39,323 nucleotides of DNA from contig JAQGDQ010001469.1 of the NCBI GenBank assembly GCA_030141605.1, positions 1 through 39,323 on the forward strand, read 5' to 3'. A model generated the notes under the pieces. It searched no databases and was not told the origin of the DNA. It worked only from the letters and a program-made list of their open reading frames with translations. Shown piece after piece: positions 23,423 through 36,900 of this stretch (position 1 is its first letter; the number at the start of each line of letters is the position of its first letter). A program made the position numbers and the translations under genes. This DNA comes from Tubiluchus corallicola. Its lineage: Eukaryota > Animalia > Priapulida.

Positions 23423-24239
23423 TGGATGTAAATAATTACACCAAATATTTTTAATTTACTTACATTGTAAGCAACGCTATATATACATATCTATTGCATC
23501 AACCACTTCAGGAAACTTTGGTTGTAAGTCAGTGTCAGTTTGTTCCGTTCATACTACTGTAAGAATGTTCAACGATTGTCAGATATCGATTGGTTTGCTT
23601 CTGTCATAAACGTTTCTTATCAAAGTTTAAGTATCGTCTGTGTTGACACTTATCGTCTAACAGAGGGCTGGTATAATAGTTTATGATATGTAGATGCCTT
23701 TATAACCATGCTACAACAAAAATGGGTCAATTACTATAGGGGATGGTGTAGAAAAACAAAAGCAGGATTTGCTGACAATGCAACTTTAATTTGCACTTCG
23801 ATCAAACTCAGAGAACTTTTCACTATAGCTATAAATGTTTATAAAGTTCTGTTTTAACCATATTACGAGCGAGTGTTGCAAGAAGCCACCCTAAAATGAA
23901 TAGCAATAATGGTTTTGAAGCCTCGTTAGCAACTATGCTAATTAGACATTATGCTGAAATATCATATGACTACATGACGTGTTTTCTGTAAAAGCCATGT
24001 TGCAGCACTCTTTATAATAATAGCTTGCAGGCCTAATTTCATTATATCATTGGCTAACAATTGCTGTCACTGCCATTGCTGTTGTTACAAGAGTTAACCT
24101 TGCTGCTTTGCTAATCCTGTTGTTGTACCTGTTGCTGCCACTGGAACCGCCGATTGTTGCTCTTTCTTTAGCTGATGTAACAAGTGACAATGGCACAGCA
24201 AAAACGACAACCACAATAACAATGACAACAAGATGATAT

Positions 24240-24293
24240 CATGAGGCTCTTGATATTGAATGCTGACAATGAAGATGATGATGGTGGTGGTGG

Positions 24294-24324
<31 letters not shown>

Positions 24325-24516
24325 GATGATGATGGCTTAATGGCAATTAACAGCAGTAATGTTAACCATAATGACACCACTAACATTATGATGTCTGAGG
24401 TGATGTTGAATACTGATGATGTTGTTGCTACTGGTGCCGATGGTGGTGGCAACAGCAGTGGCGGCAGTGGTGGAAATGATCACAGTGGTCACAATGATGG
24501 TTATGGTGATGATGAT
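24240..24516. repeat. Degenerate GAT/GGT low-complexity tract
   Basis: Runs of gat and ggt triplets. Confidence 0.8.
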
Positions 24517-24830
24517 AAAAACGTCATTAATACATTACAATTGGTCACTCCCAATTTTTCGTACAATTGTTTCGTGGAACGATGCCTCAGGTGCTATTAT
24601 TACTCTCAAACTAACGAATATAAAAACTCATTTTTGTATTCATTAGTTATTAATCTTAGATAATTGCTTATGTCAACTTAATCAAAATGCCAACAATTTA
24701 CTAATACAAACAAAAACGAAAACAAAATGGATTTGTGTTGGCGCTGCGAGAGAAATAAAATCAGATTGACTCAATATTAATCACGCACGTACTATGAAAA
24801 CAACTACTTATTTTACGTGTCAATGTTTCA

Positions 24831-24840
24831 TTTGGCGGGA
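24831..24840 (+). promoter_or_regulatory. E2F-type site in the RPA1 promoter region
   Basis: TTTGGCGGGA about 125 nt upstream of the exon 1 ATG; fits the E2F consensus and known E2F control of replication genes. Confidence 0.55.
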
Positions 24841-24963
24841 TTGTCTTGCAAATGTCTTGTAGTTTCGTGCAAGTTTTGACTGGCACTTGTTGTTCTTTTA
24901 ATTTATCCTTGTTTGATGTTCAGAAATTAGTATAACTGGCGTGACAGATCCAAAGAGTCCATA

Positions 24964-24996
24964 ATGGCATTCTCTCTGACGCAAGGCGCGATTCAG
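24964..24996 (+). CDS. RPA1: RPA1 exon 1 (only copy in window)
   Basis: ataATGGCATTCTCTCTGACGCAAGGCGCGATTCAG|gtaaat = [11 protein letters not shown], typical RPA70 N-terminal L(S/T)xGAI. Confidence 0.88.
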
Positions 24997-27900
24997 GTAA
25001 ATTAGCATATTTTCTGGCTGTGGAAAAGCTAAGCCTATTATGTTGTATCTGCTTGGGTACCGATATTGTTTAGTGTTATTTAAATTAAACTAATTTGCAT
25101 TATTGGGCGTAGATTCCTGATGTTCCTTCTGACTCATTCTGATGGTCCCGTTGTACATATGTATTGTTAAATTGTGATTGTCGATATCACAATTGATTTA
25201 ATTATCAGTGCCGTATGCTAGCAAGGCTGTAAAATAGCTGTTTACAAACAATTATGTTTACTTTCGAATTACGGGTTACTCCTTTACCATGCTATATCAC
25301 ACTACCATATTATTATTTTACCACACGACCACACTAGTGTGCCTTATTCAGTGCTTGCCTTTTGTTGGGTGCCATCGCGAGACTATACAATAATCGATAA
25401 TTATATGGTAATTTAGTAATGCGAAACTAAAAAACAAAGCGTGAAAAAATGAGCATTGAAAAAATTAAAACATTAGTGCTAACCAGTGAGAAATAAACAA
25501 ACTTTGATTTCAACCGATTTCAAATATTCCGCGATTCAGTTTTAAACATTCACAAAGCTTTAAAAAATATTTCCGTCGGTATTGCATTTAATTGTCAATA
25601 AAATTTCGCACCGGTTTTCACATCTGTACTGTGAATTACGATAATATGTCACAAAATACTGCACTGCCTGCATTCATGTAAACACAATTTTTTTTCAGCG
25701 CATTATGAACGGAGACGAAATCAAGGACCCTGTTCTACAAGTTTTGGCAAGTATAGTTTGTTTTCCGCAAAAAAGCAAAATGAACTTGAAAATTTATAGG
25801 TTTTTCAAGTCAAATGTAGACGCAGGAAAGTTCAAATGTGACTTAGGTAAGTGAAATGTAGACATAGGAGTTTCGAATGTGTTTTGGCAACTCAAATGTG
25901 ACTTAGGCAAGTCAAATGTAGACATAGGAGTTTCGAATGTGTTTTGGCAACTCAAATGTGACTTAGGTAAGTCAAATGTAGACATAGGAATTTCAAATGT
26001 GTTTTGGTAACTCAAATGTGACTTAGGTAAGTCAAATGTACTGCGGTACTTTGAATAAATCGGTAATTAACTTATTTAAGTGCAAATAACAAAATGGCCT
26101 GCATCTGCGGTCGTTATGATATTAACAGACTGTTCTGCCAACTGAGCTAATATTGCCATTCTCTGACCGTGATTCTGCACTAGAAGATTTTCTCTAATAT
26201 CTGCAAGAAGACGCTTTATTTCAGCCTATTAAGATTTCTTGAAAACCATTGCTAACACATTTGAACTACCCACTAAATCTACATTTGAGTTACCAAGACA
26301 CATTTGACTTGACATGTGTCTACATTTGATTTACCAAAAGCGCTTAAGATTTGTTGAAAACCATTGTTAACACATTTGAACTACCTAAGTCTACATTTGA
26401 GTTACCAAGACATTTGAATTACCTTAATCTACATTTGAGTTAACGCAGGTCTACATTTGACATGTAAAACCTGCAGTACTTTATTTGTTGTGTGAAACAT
26501 TAACACTGTGTTTTAATAGTACAGGGAATGGAATTTTTAGGTACAAGTGACCGTGTATGTTTAAGAGCAGTTATACAGTGAGTTTAGCTGTATAGTAAGT
26601 CCTCACTTAACGACTCCCCGTTTAGCGAAGTTTCGTTTTAACGACGCTGAACATTTGACACCTTTTTCTCACTTAATGACGTACTGTTTCGTTTTAACAA
26701 CGATTTTTTGACGTTGCTCGCAGCCATTTTTTATTTTATCTACAACTTTTTTTACCAGATTTGAATCCTTAAAACGGTACATACTGCATTGTAAAAAATG
26801 CATTACTAACGTAAACAGTGTAATTATTATAATGTTTTTGCTTCCCGGCTGCTTACATACTAAATTCTAGCCGTTTGTATCAAGCGACATCCAAGTTTAA
26901 ACTTAAATTTTACAGACAAAATGCCAAGGAATTTTCTCTGTAATCTGTTGCTATAACAACCAGATTAGTACAACATGAAATTGTCTCAAGGTCGCTCCAT
27001 TCATGGCCGTGTCTTCATTAGGTGGTGTTTAGATGGAAGTAGCAATCGCTAGCAAGTCTAGCTAGATGCTAGTGAGAAAGATAGGTGGTTTAAAGCAAGT
27101 GGAAGGAAATTAGTCAGTAGAAATATGAATAAAACTCGCTCAAATCATATATATTAAATGTTTTATGAGTTTTATTCATATTTCTACTGATTAATTTCTT
27201 TCCACTTGCTTTAAACCACTTGCTTTTGTTTTAGAACATTGATGCATTGATTGTTGGTTCTGGAATGTATCTCAATTTGTTTACATTAATTCCTGTGGAA
27301 GTTTTGGTTTCGTTTCATGACGTTTCACTTAGCGTCGCGTATTGCCGAAATGCATCGTTGAGTGAGGACTTGTCGTATTCGTTTAATTCGTATATCGATC
27401 ATTCTCACTGTTTTTGCAGGGTTTGAAGAAAATCGCTAATCAGACATCGACGGTGGATCGGTATCGGCTGCTCTTGTCAGATGGAGTTTGCAGTGTGTCG
27501 TGTTAGTCTATTTCTAAATTTATTTAACTAAGGCCACTTGTTTTTCGGAGATACTATGAAGTGATGAGCAATTTTGAAATTTTATAATTCTCTTTCTCGT
27601 AATTTGATATAGTAGGTGCCGTTTAAAGGAAGACCGGATGATTGTGTAAACACGAGTTCAGAATAGAGAATCCTCTAAAATATTGAAAACTACAATTGCT
27701 TATTTTAAATCAAAGCTTAGATTAAATAATAATTACCTCGGATATTCAAATTTCATTAAACTTTCAAAGCTACGCGCGGCTCAGTGAATCAACTAGGAAT
27801 GGCAGCGGTGCCTTTTTGTCACGTGTGCGTGGTCGACAAATAGAAGACGGTACAGTGATAAGCATGATCGTGAACTGCTGTGTTAGTTTCATAACGTCGT

Positions 27901-30900
27901 ATGACGTATAACCCATTTTGTGGCATCATGCATTTAAACAGTAATGTAACAGCTATGTAAATGTGCTTGACGCGCAAGGAAAGACGCCTGCCATTGCACA
28001 AACTGTGGTTAGCTTCTGACGTAAGCAGTAGCTGTGTTCGGTTGCCATTAATTAACTTTCTAAGCTAATTATTCAAATATATGGAACAATTGTTAACTTT
28101 TATAGGCAAGAAAATGTATATTTAAGACAGTAAATTAAAATGAGATTGAATCTAAAGAATTGCCCAGTAATAGACTCACTTTGGGACCGTAGTGCTTTGA
28201 CCCAATTAACCGACTGAACCTATTAACCGACGGGTGTAGCATTACAGGTAGAAGTATGAGTGACCAGCTTGCTATGCACTGCAAAAGTTTTTAGTGAATT
28301 TTAGAAACAAAGTAATGCCTAAATTCTTTTGTGCAGTTAAAAATTAAAACAAAATATTTTATAATATTAATTTATATAAGTATTAAACATTTATATAAGT
28401 TGCAAACATTCTTTCAAAGTTGGCTACTTCATTTTCATCTGAAGAAGTTGGCTCGCAAAATTCTCAAAATGATAAAAACGTTGAAAATCTGTTGTTGTAT
28501 GATGCAAAAATTCTTGTAAATTGCTTGATGTGCTTAAACTGTTGGTGGTGCCCGTGTTTCCTCGCAGTTTTGTCTGTAGTTTCGTCCAAGATCCCGCTTG
28601 CTATAGTGACATACTTTACCGTACCTGTAGTTGTGTCCCTGGCATAACAGCAGCAACTAACTGATTAAACTGTTTTTTGGCATTTTATAAATTGTTTTAT
28701 TTTTCACTTTATTTCAACTGGTGTTTGTTTACTTCTAGCTGCCATGTTGGCTACGCAACTTAACAATTTGGCAGTGTCGGGACAGCTTGAAACGAACACA
28801 ATAATCAGCGTTGATAAGTATTTGTGTAACAAGGTAAATCCAGACAGGTAAGCCGACCGTAATCACCGCGTTTTCTCAAATTCTAGATTAATTTGTGGTG
28901 GCTGAAAATCTGTGCCGAAAGCAAGAGATTCAGTTCTTGAATTTCATTGAATTTAAACTCGGAAACCCAAAAACTCATTCAGTAGCTAAGCTAGCTAACT
29001 ACACAACTGTTTAGATTGACTTTTTTGTTATATGTTGACTATGTTTGTTTACCTACAACTAACCTTGCCATGTTGGCACATGTGACAGGACAGATTTCTC
29101 TAGTACAGTAGTACCTCTGTTTTCGACCATAATTCATTCCTACAAAGTGTTTGAAAACCGATTTGGTTGATTACCGAATCATTTATTCCCATAAGAAATA
29201 ATGTAAAAGCAAATAATGCGTTCTCAAACACCAAATGAACTGTAAAGTATTACTAAAACGAGATATAATAATGCAAAAATGTTTATTCAAACAGTAGATA
29301 TGATATAATTGATAAGAAAACATTATAGAATTCCTTTAAAAGAAAAACATGGTTGTTCCTGCATGAAAAACCGGAGAAAAATAAGCGTAGAAATCACTTA
29401 GTGATTTAGGTGATTCAAATGAAGAATGTTGTCTTGTGCTTTAATAATTTTTGTTTTATGCCATGCTAGTGGTTTTCACTGGAGTTTAAATTTACAAGTT
29501 TTATACAGTGTTACTACTAACGCAAGCTCTGTATGCAATCAGCCAGCATGTAAGTGATATAAAATTTGATAAAAAGTTTTTTTAAGGTTATTTATGAAGA
29601 TTGTTTTCTTATGCTTTAGTAGTTTTTGTATTACTGACTTTGACTGCAGATGCTGTAAGTTTATTTCTGTTTATGCAGACGTGTGATCATCATTCTTGGC
29701 GTATCGATTCTTAATCCGGGCTCAGCTGTCGGTGGAAAGATCGGTAATCCTCAAAATTATCAACAGCAAATGGCGCAAACTTCTAATCAGCCTCAGGCGA
29801 ATGGTTTGTCAATGGGACATCAGTTTGCTGTTCACCGTCCCATGGGTGAGTATGTGGAAAAGTTATCGTGCTTTTCAATGCTTCATGGTACAGTGTCTGT
29901 AGTCCATGCTATCACTGAATGATATTTCACACTGTATAATGTATACTATCATTATTTTATGGCAAATTAAGATATTTATATAGGTTTTACATGTCAAATG
30001 TAGATTTAGGTAATTCAAATGTGTCTTGGTAACTCAAATGTAGATTTAGGTAATTCAAATGTGTCTTGGTAACTCAAATGTAGACTTAGGTGGTTCAAAT
30101 GTGTCTTGGTAACTCAAATGTAGATTTAGGTAATTCAAATGTGTCTTGGTAACTCAAATGTAGATTTAGGTAATTCAAATGTGTCTTGGTAACTCAAATG
30201 TAGACTTAGGTAGTTCAAATGTGTTAACGATGGTTTTCAACAAATCTTGAGCGTTTTTGGTAAGTCAAACGTAGACACAAGTCAAGTCAAATGCGACATT
30301 GGTATCTCAAATGTGGATAGGTGGTAAAGTTTAAGGATGTTAAATTTAATCTTCTTTAATTTCAATTTAATAATTGCTCTTAAGTTAAAATAACAACGTT
30401 ATAGGCCTACTAATAGATGCACTAATATTCTGCAAACTTTACATACCATTGGAACTGTTAGAGAAAACAATACGTTCTTAAAATAAGCAATGTTTCTTGA
30501 CAGAAACTAATTCATTAATGCAGTGCTAATGCGTTACTTAAAAAACTAATTAGTGATTCACTGTTCATTGGGAAGTGGGAACCGATTTATTCTTTTCTCC
30601 CGACATTTTTTGTAAAACGTTGACAAATAAAATGTAGAATTTCTATGCCTACATTTGACTTACCTAAGTCACATTTGAACTTTCCTGTGTCTACATTTGA
30701 CGTGTAAAACCTATATATACAGTGTTCCCTCACTTATCGCGGGTGTTCCGTCCCATTCGCTTAATAACTTTTCCCATACTGTACATGTCCCTTTGAAAAA
30801 ACTTTCTGAAATGTTCACCGCAGATGAAAACTACGCACATGCGACAGTCGGGTGCTAACGTGAAGTGGAAGAGCTGAGAGGGGGTAGCTGGGCACAGCGA

Positions 30901-33900
30901 AAAAAACAAATTGCATGGTACCTGGGCCAATCACGTACCTGAGCCTTTTAATGTTAGAATTAATATTTTTAATATATTTTTATACATTTTGTGACACATC
31001 ACATCAATTGTCAATATCTACAGGGATGAGAATTTTCCGCGAATACACGGAAGTCCGTGTTTTTGGAAGACCAGTAGTGCCATTTTTGTAAATCGCGTAA
31101 ATTTGTTGAGAAAATTTTTACGGACCCAGTACATTATTTCACAAGCTGACCGCTAGTTGGCAGGCCGTCACTTTGTTTACATCATGTACATCAGTGTAAC
31201 CACGTGTATATCTCTATGTATAAAAATATAGAATCAATTGTGCGGAGTTATTTGAGTCAATTGCAGACAGTTTTTATATACTTTTGCATAGGAGCGGCTA
31301 GTACTTAGACGTTTTTCAGACAATTAGGTATCATGTATCCTTGATAGTTGAGTATTTTAAATTATGCATGAAACAAGGTAACTGATATTTTAAGTCCACT
31401 TAGAGGCTCTCTATGGTCACAAAATTGCAATTTGTTGCTGGCTCCAAGGGGGCTTTGCCCTCCCTTGAACCCCCATGGGGGCCTACGCGGCCCGCAAAAC
31501 CCCCGGCTGTTTCAGAGTTTTTTTGCAATTTGTCATTCTCATCCGTGTATCTAAGTACAATCTGAGCTGCTTCAAGAACAGTGTTAACAGGACACGTTAA
31601 ATCATTTGCATTTCTGCTGTACCAATTCTGCTCCTCTGAATGGAAGATAGTAAAGTTTTCAGTAGTAACATTTACTGCATTTGTAACAAACACTCATATC
31701 TCGGTTTGCCAGACAAAAGCGGGCAGTCGTCGGTCCGGATTTGCCGATAGTAAGCTAATATAGTAGGCGCCGTGCATTAGACTCGTGGTAATGTAGAATC
31801 AATTGCTTAATTGACTGAAAAACACCTGGTACTGGCCTCTGCTATGCAAATGTATATAACAACTGTCTGCAATTGACTCAAATAACTTTGTATAATTAGT
31901 ATTACATTTTTCTGCACATGCTTTTACTGCACATGCTTTTTCTGCACATGCTTTTACTGCACATGCTTTTTCTGCACATGCTTTTACTGCACATGCTTTT
32001 TCTGCACATGCTTTTACTGCACATGCTTTTTCTGTACATGCTTAAATAACACACTTTTGTGTGACCAATGAGCTTTTACTATTTTTATGTCGTCGTACTT
32101 CGCTTTTACGCACTATAGTATACGTAGAAACAATCGTGTTAAGTACACTCGGTTACACGCCGCTTGGTTACACTGACATAAATGATGTAAACTAGCGGTC
32201 AGCTCGCAAAACAACGGACTGTGCATCCGTAGCATGCGGGACTTTCTTAACGGTCCAGATTTTGTCCCATTCCTCTGACATCCGCAAAAGCGATGTCCGG
32301 CAAACCAAGATGTGAGTATATTCATGTTCCCGTGTTATAACCCGATAGTATAAAATACTTTGCTCTGAATTTTTAATGTTTTCAGAAGAGGGACAACGTG
32401 TGCCAGAAAAGCGCCCGACGGGAGGTAGTAGTTTCTATCCGGGCGCCCACAAGCAGCCTGCGACTAATGCTCCGTTTGGCACCTCTAATCTTCCTCGTAC
32501 ACCAGGTGGCACTGTAGCTGCTGTGTTTCCCATCGAAAGTTTGACACCTTACCAAAATAGGTGAGTGTATCCGCTACTAAGGTAACGTGAAGTTGTTTTT
32601 TAAGGTTAACTGTTACGGCGAGCGGAATAGTGCTTGATGATTGGTGTTAAGCAGCACTTAGTCAGGTTAGTAAATGGATGGGAGAACTGCTTCTTGGGGT
32701 CTTCCTCATTCTTGTTCATTTATCGTGTTGAAAGAGACTATGTTCATCTCAACCAGGGTAAGATGCCTTCTGGTATAGTGTTTTGTCTGGTTAGATTATC
32801 CTAGATAATCGCTAGGTTCTGGTTTAGCCACAATCGTCTATATCGCGTAATTCTTAGGGATGTCATGAAGCTCCGCCGGAACCGGTAGCTTCGAAACGGA
32901 ATCCAAATCGGAGTTTTGATTCGATTCGCTGAAGTTCTGCACATTCAGTTGTGTTTTTTTCAAAAATTCGGTTTAGCTTAGACTGCAAAAGCTCTTTATT
33001 ATAAAAGCAATTACACACTCTCTTACCTTTAAATTTTTTGGCAAAATTACATAAATCGCCGCCGTTTTAGGTCATTGTTTGTCCTACATGGAATACTCAA
33101 ATGTTGCCGTATTCAGTTCGGCCTGTGTCCAGCTTGCAAAATCCTATGCGAAAGCATGACATTACGATTTCAGCGGCCAGTTTCAACAAAAACGCTATGA
33201 TTTTTTTATTACTTTAATACAATGCTGCTCACAATCCGGCTTAAACGAATGTGGTTTTTTTTGTAACCCATACATTTTTGCACCAAGTGCTGGTAATGGC
33301 ACCACCGGTGCGTTCGAATAAGATTCGGTTTACAAAAATACCTAAAAGTATCAATATTCGAATCGAATTATTATACGATTACAAAGATTATTGGAAAGTG
33401 AGATTCACATTTGATCGAGATTCGAAAATTGTTTCAAACTGAGACTCGGATTAAATTGCAATTCGGTAATATGATGTTCGTTAAATTAAGTTCTGCTTCA
33501 GTGTTGTTCATTCAGTCAGGAATTTGCTAGGGAAACATTTTGCTTTAGTGGCTGAGTACACACCTAAGAATAGCTTTGTCTTCTGCACCTTGAAATTATA
33601 CATAAGAACAAGCCTGGCTTTATTATAAACTTCTAAGAAAAAGTCACGTTTCAATAAACTCTAAACATGCCTGTAAGAACAACCCTATCTTCTACACCAA
33701 GGTCTAGGAAGCACTCCAAAGGACAAATATGGCTTCATTTGACAGGCCTCAAAACAACTCTGCATTCAATACCGTGAGAACACATCTAAGAACAACTCAA
33801 TCTTAGATACACTGGCAGGACGCTTTAAATAACAAATCAGGCTTCATTAGACACACCTAAAAACAAATCAGGCTTCATCAGACACACCTAAGAACAAATC

Positions 33901-36900
33901 AGGCGTCGTCAGACACATCTAAGAACAACTTGGTCTTAGATGCACCTAAGAATAAGTTTGGCTTCATTTGATACATCAAAGAGCAAATCTGTCTTTATTA
34001 GACATCTAACAATCAATAGACAGAGCACAACTAAGAATAACTCTGTATTCAATACACTGAGAACACACCGAGAACATTTTTATATTTTAGGTGGACGATC
34101 AAAGTCCGTGTTACAAAGAAGAGCAGCATCCGCACGTGGTCGAATTCGCGCGGCGACGGAAAGCTCTTCTCCATGGATCTAGTCGACGAAAGCGGAGAAA
34201 TCAGAGCAACGGCATTTAATGCCGAATGTGATAAGTTCTTCGACATGATAGAAGAGAATAAGGTAAAGTAGAAGCAGCTAGGAACGGAAGGAAAGATGTG
34301 ATTAACTTTGTACTTCTTATAGGTTTTACACGTCAAATGTAGACACAGGAAAGTTCAAATGTGACTTAGGTAAGTCAAATGTAGACATAGGAATTTCGAA
34401 TGTGTTTTGGTAACTCAAATGTGACTTAGGTAAGTCAAATGTAGATGCGGTACTTTCAATAAATCGCTAATTAACTCATTTAAGTGCAAATTAGAAAAAG
34501 ATAAAACCAAATTAAAATTATATTGTGTGGTCATGGTGCTATCGGCAGCATCAATTTTTATTATATTTAATTAATTTGCAACTATTTGTATGGATGTTAA
34601 TGTTTTTCAAATGTAAAGAAAATGTTTATTTGATAAGAACACTTAAAAGTGTTGTACATAAATAAGTTAACAATTATACAATTATTAAAATATACACCAA
34701 TTCTACATTTTATTTGTCAACGTGCTACAAAAAATGTTGGCAGAAAAGAATAAATCGGTTCCCACTTCCCAATGAACAGTGAATCACTAATTAGTTTTTT
34801 AAGTAATGCATTAGCACTGCATTAATGAATTAGTTTCTCTCAAGAAACGTTGTTTATTTTAAGAATGTTTTGTTTTCTCTAACAGTTCCAATGGCATATG
34901 AAGTTTGCAGAATATTAGTGAACCTATAACGTTGTTATCTTAAGTTGAGAGCAATTATTAAATTGAAATTAAAGGAGATTAAATTTTACATCCTTAAACT
35001 TTACCACCTATCCACATTTGAGATACCAATGTCACATTTGACTTGACACGTGTCTATATTTGACTTACCAAAAACGCTTAAGATTTGTTGAAAACCATTG
35101 CTAGCACATTTGCAATACCAAAGTCTACATTTGAGTTACCAAGACACATTTGAATTACCTAAATCTACATTTGAGTTAACGCAGGTCTACATTTGACATG
35201 TAAAACCTATATAATGAAACAGACGATGAATGCCTTTTTACTTTTGAATGTGCAAAAACGGACAGTATGAGAGAAGAGTGTAGTTTTTTGAATTTATAAA
35301 TTCCGTGAATTTAGTTTTTATTAAACGACTCTATGAAAATCATAGAGACTCTACGTGACTGAAAAGTACATTTTTAGTTGTAAAAATCATAATATAGTTA
35401 TAATAGTTATAAGTATGGATATGTTGACTTGCACTGGAATGTATTATTATGTTTGTAACCTGTATTCAAGCCTGTATAATTCCGAGTTTTTGGAAGACCA
35501 GTAGTGCCATTTTTGTAAATCGCATAAATTCGTTGAGAAAATTTTTACGGACCCAGTGCATTATTTCACAAACTGACCGCTAGGTGGCAGGCCGTCACTT
35601 TGTTTACATCACGTACATCAGTGTAACCACGTGTATATCTCTATGTATAAAAATATAGAATCAATTGTGCGGAGTTATTTGAGTCAATTACAGACAGTTT
35701 TTATATACTTTTGCATAGGAGCGGCCAGTACTTAGGCATTTTTGAGAAAATTAGGTATCATGTATCCTTGATAGTTGGATATTTTAAATTATGCATGAAA
35801 CAAGGTAACTGATATTTTAAGTCCACTTAGAGGCTCTCTATGGTCACAAAATTACAATTTGTTGCTGCCTCCAAGGGGGCCTACGTGGCCCCAAAACCCC
35901 CGGCCTGTTTCAGAGTTTTTTGCAATTTGTCATTCTCATCCCTGATGATGTGTCTTCTGATGCAGTTTCTATGCAATGCTTCTGTACATTGTCCTTCTAG
36001 GTTTACTTCATATCCAAAGGCACATTGAAAACAGCAAACAGACAGTACTCGAACTTGAAGAACGATTATGAGATGACGTTTAATCACGACACCTCTGTCA
36101 CCTTGTGTTCTGACGACGTGTCATCCGTGCCGCAGCTGAGATTCTCCTTCAAAAAGATTAATGCCTTGAATTCGCTGGCAAAAGATGACATAGTTGGTAC
36201 GTGTTCTTTGCTTCATCGTGTTTCATGAAAATCTTTAATAACGATGCCGATTTTGATTTGATTTTGTATCGATTTTGTGCACTGGAATGATAAGTGTTAT
36301 GGTTTAACTGTAGTGCTAAATTTGATTGATTGTTAACCCTTTCACTACAGAAGGCGGCATCACTGCCACCTATGTTTTTCGTGCAAGGGACAGAAGGCGG
36401 TAAACTGTCGCCCAAGCTCAGCACTAAGCTCAGTCACCCAGGTCTGTTATTTCAGTGCTACAGCCATGCAAAACATTGTAGAAAAGTTTGACAGCCCTGG
36501 GATTGGGGTTGTTTTGCAACATGTAACGCTAACCAGTCAATCAGCATCTAAAGCCAGGTGCATTCCACAATACTGTACTGTCTGGTATGTTCTCAAGCAA
36601 AATCACTTGTAGATCGTTGATGAAACGTATGTTTAGTTGATTGTTCTGCATTCTTATAAAATGATTGTATATTATAGATTAGTATTGTGTCTTGTGTGAA
36701 AACTGGTTTCTAAATGTATGTGCTTATTTATGATTGTGTGCACGTGTGTGTGCGTGCATGTGTGTGAGTGAGTGAATGTGTGTGTGTGTGCTCGCATGTG
36801 TGTGCACGTGTGTGTGCATGCGTGTGAGTGAGTGAATGTGTGTGTGTGTGTGCACGTGCGGAAATAAAACTAATATTTAATATTAATACTCAATAACAAA

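Noticed and set aside
22982-23431. Poly-Leu and poly-Thr ORFs, including an upstream ORF whose TGA overlaps the RPA1 ATG (ATGA at 23055-23052)
   Set aside because: Stop-free because of the repeat, and the overlap follows automatically from ATG AAC. It only matters if the copy is transcribed.
24168-24663. Asp/Gly-rich ORFs in the head-to-head spacer
   Set aside because: Low-complexity GAT/GGT tract open in several frames, no domain signature.
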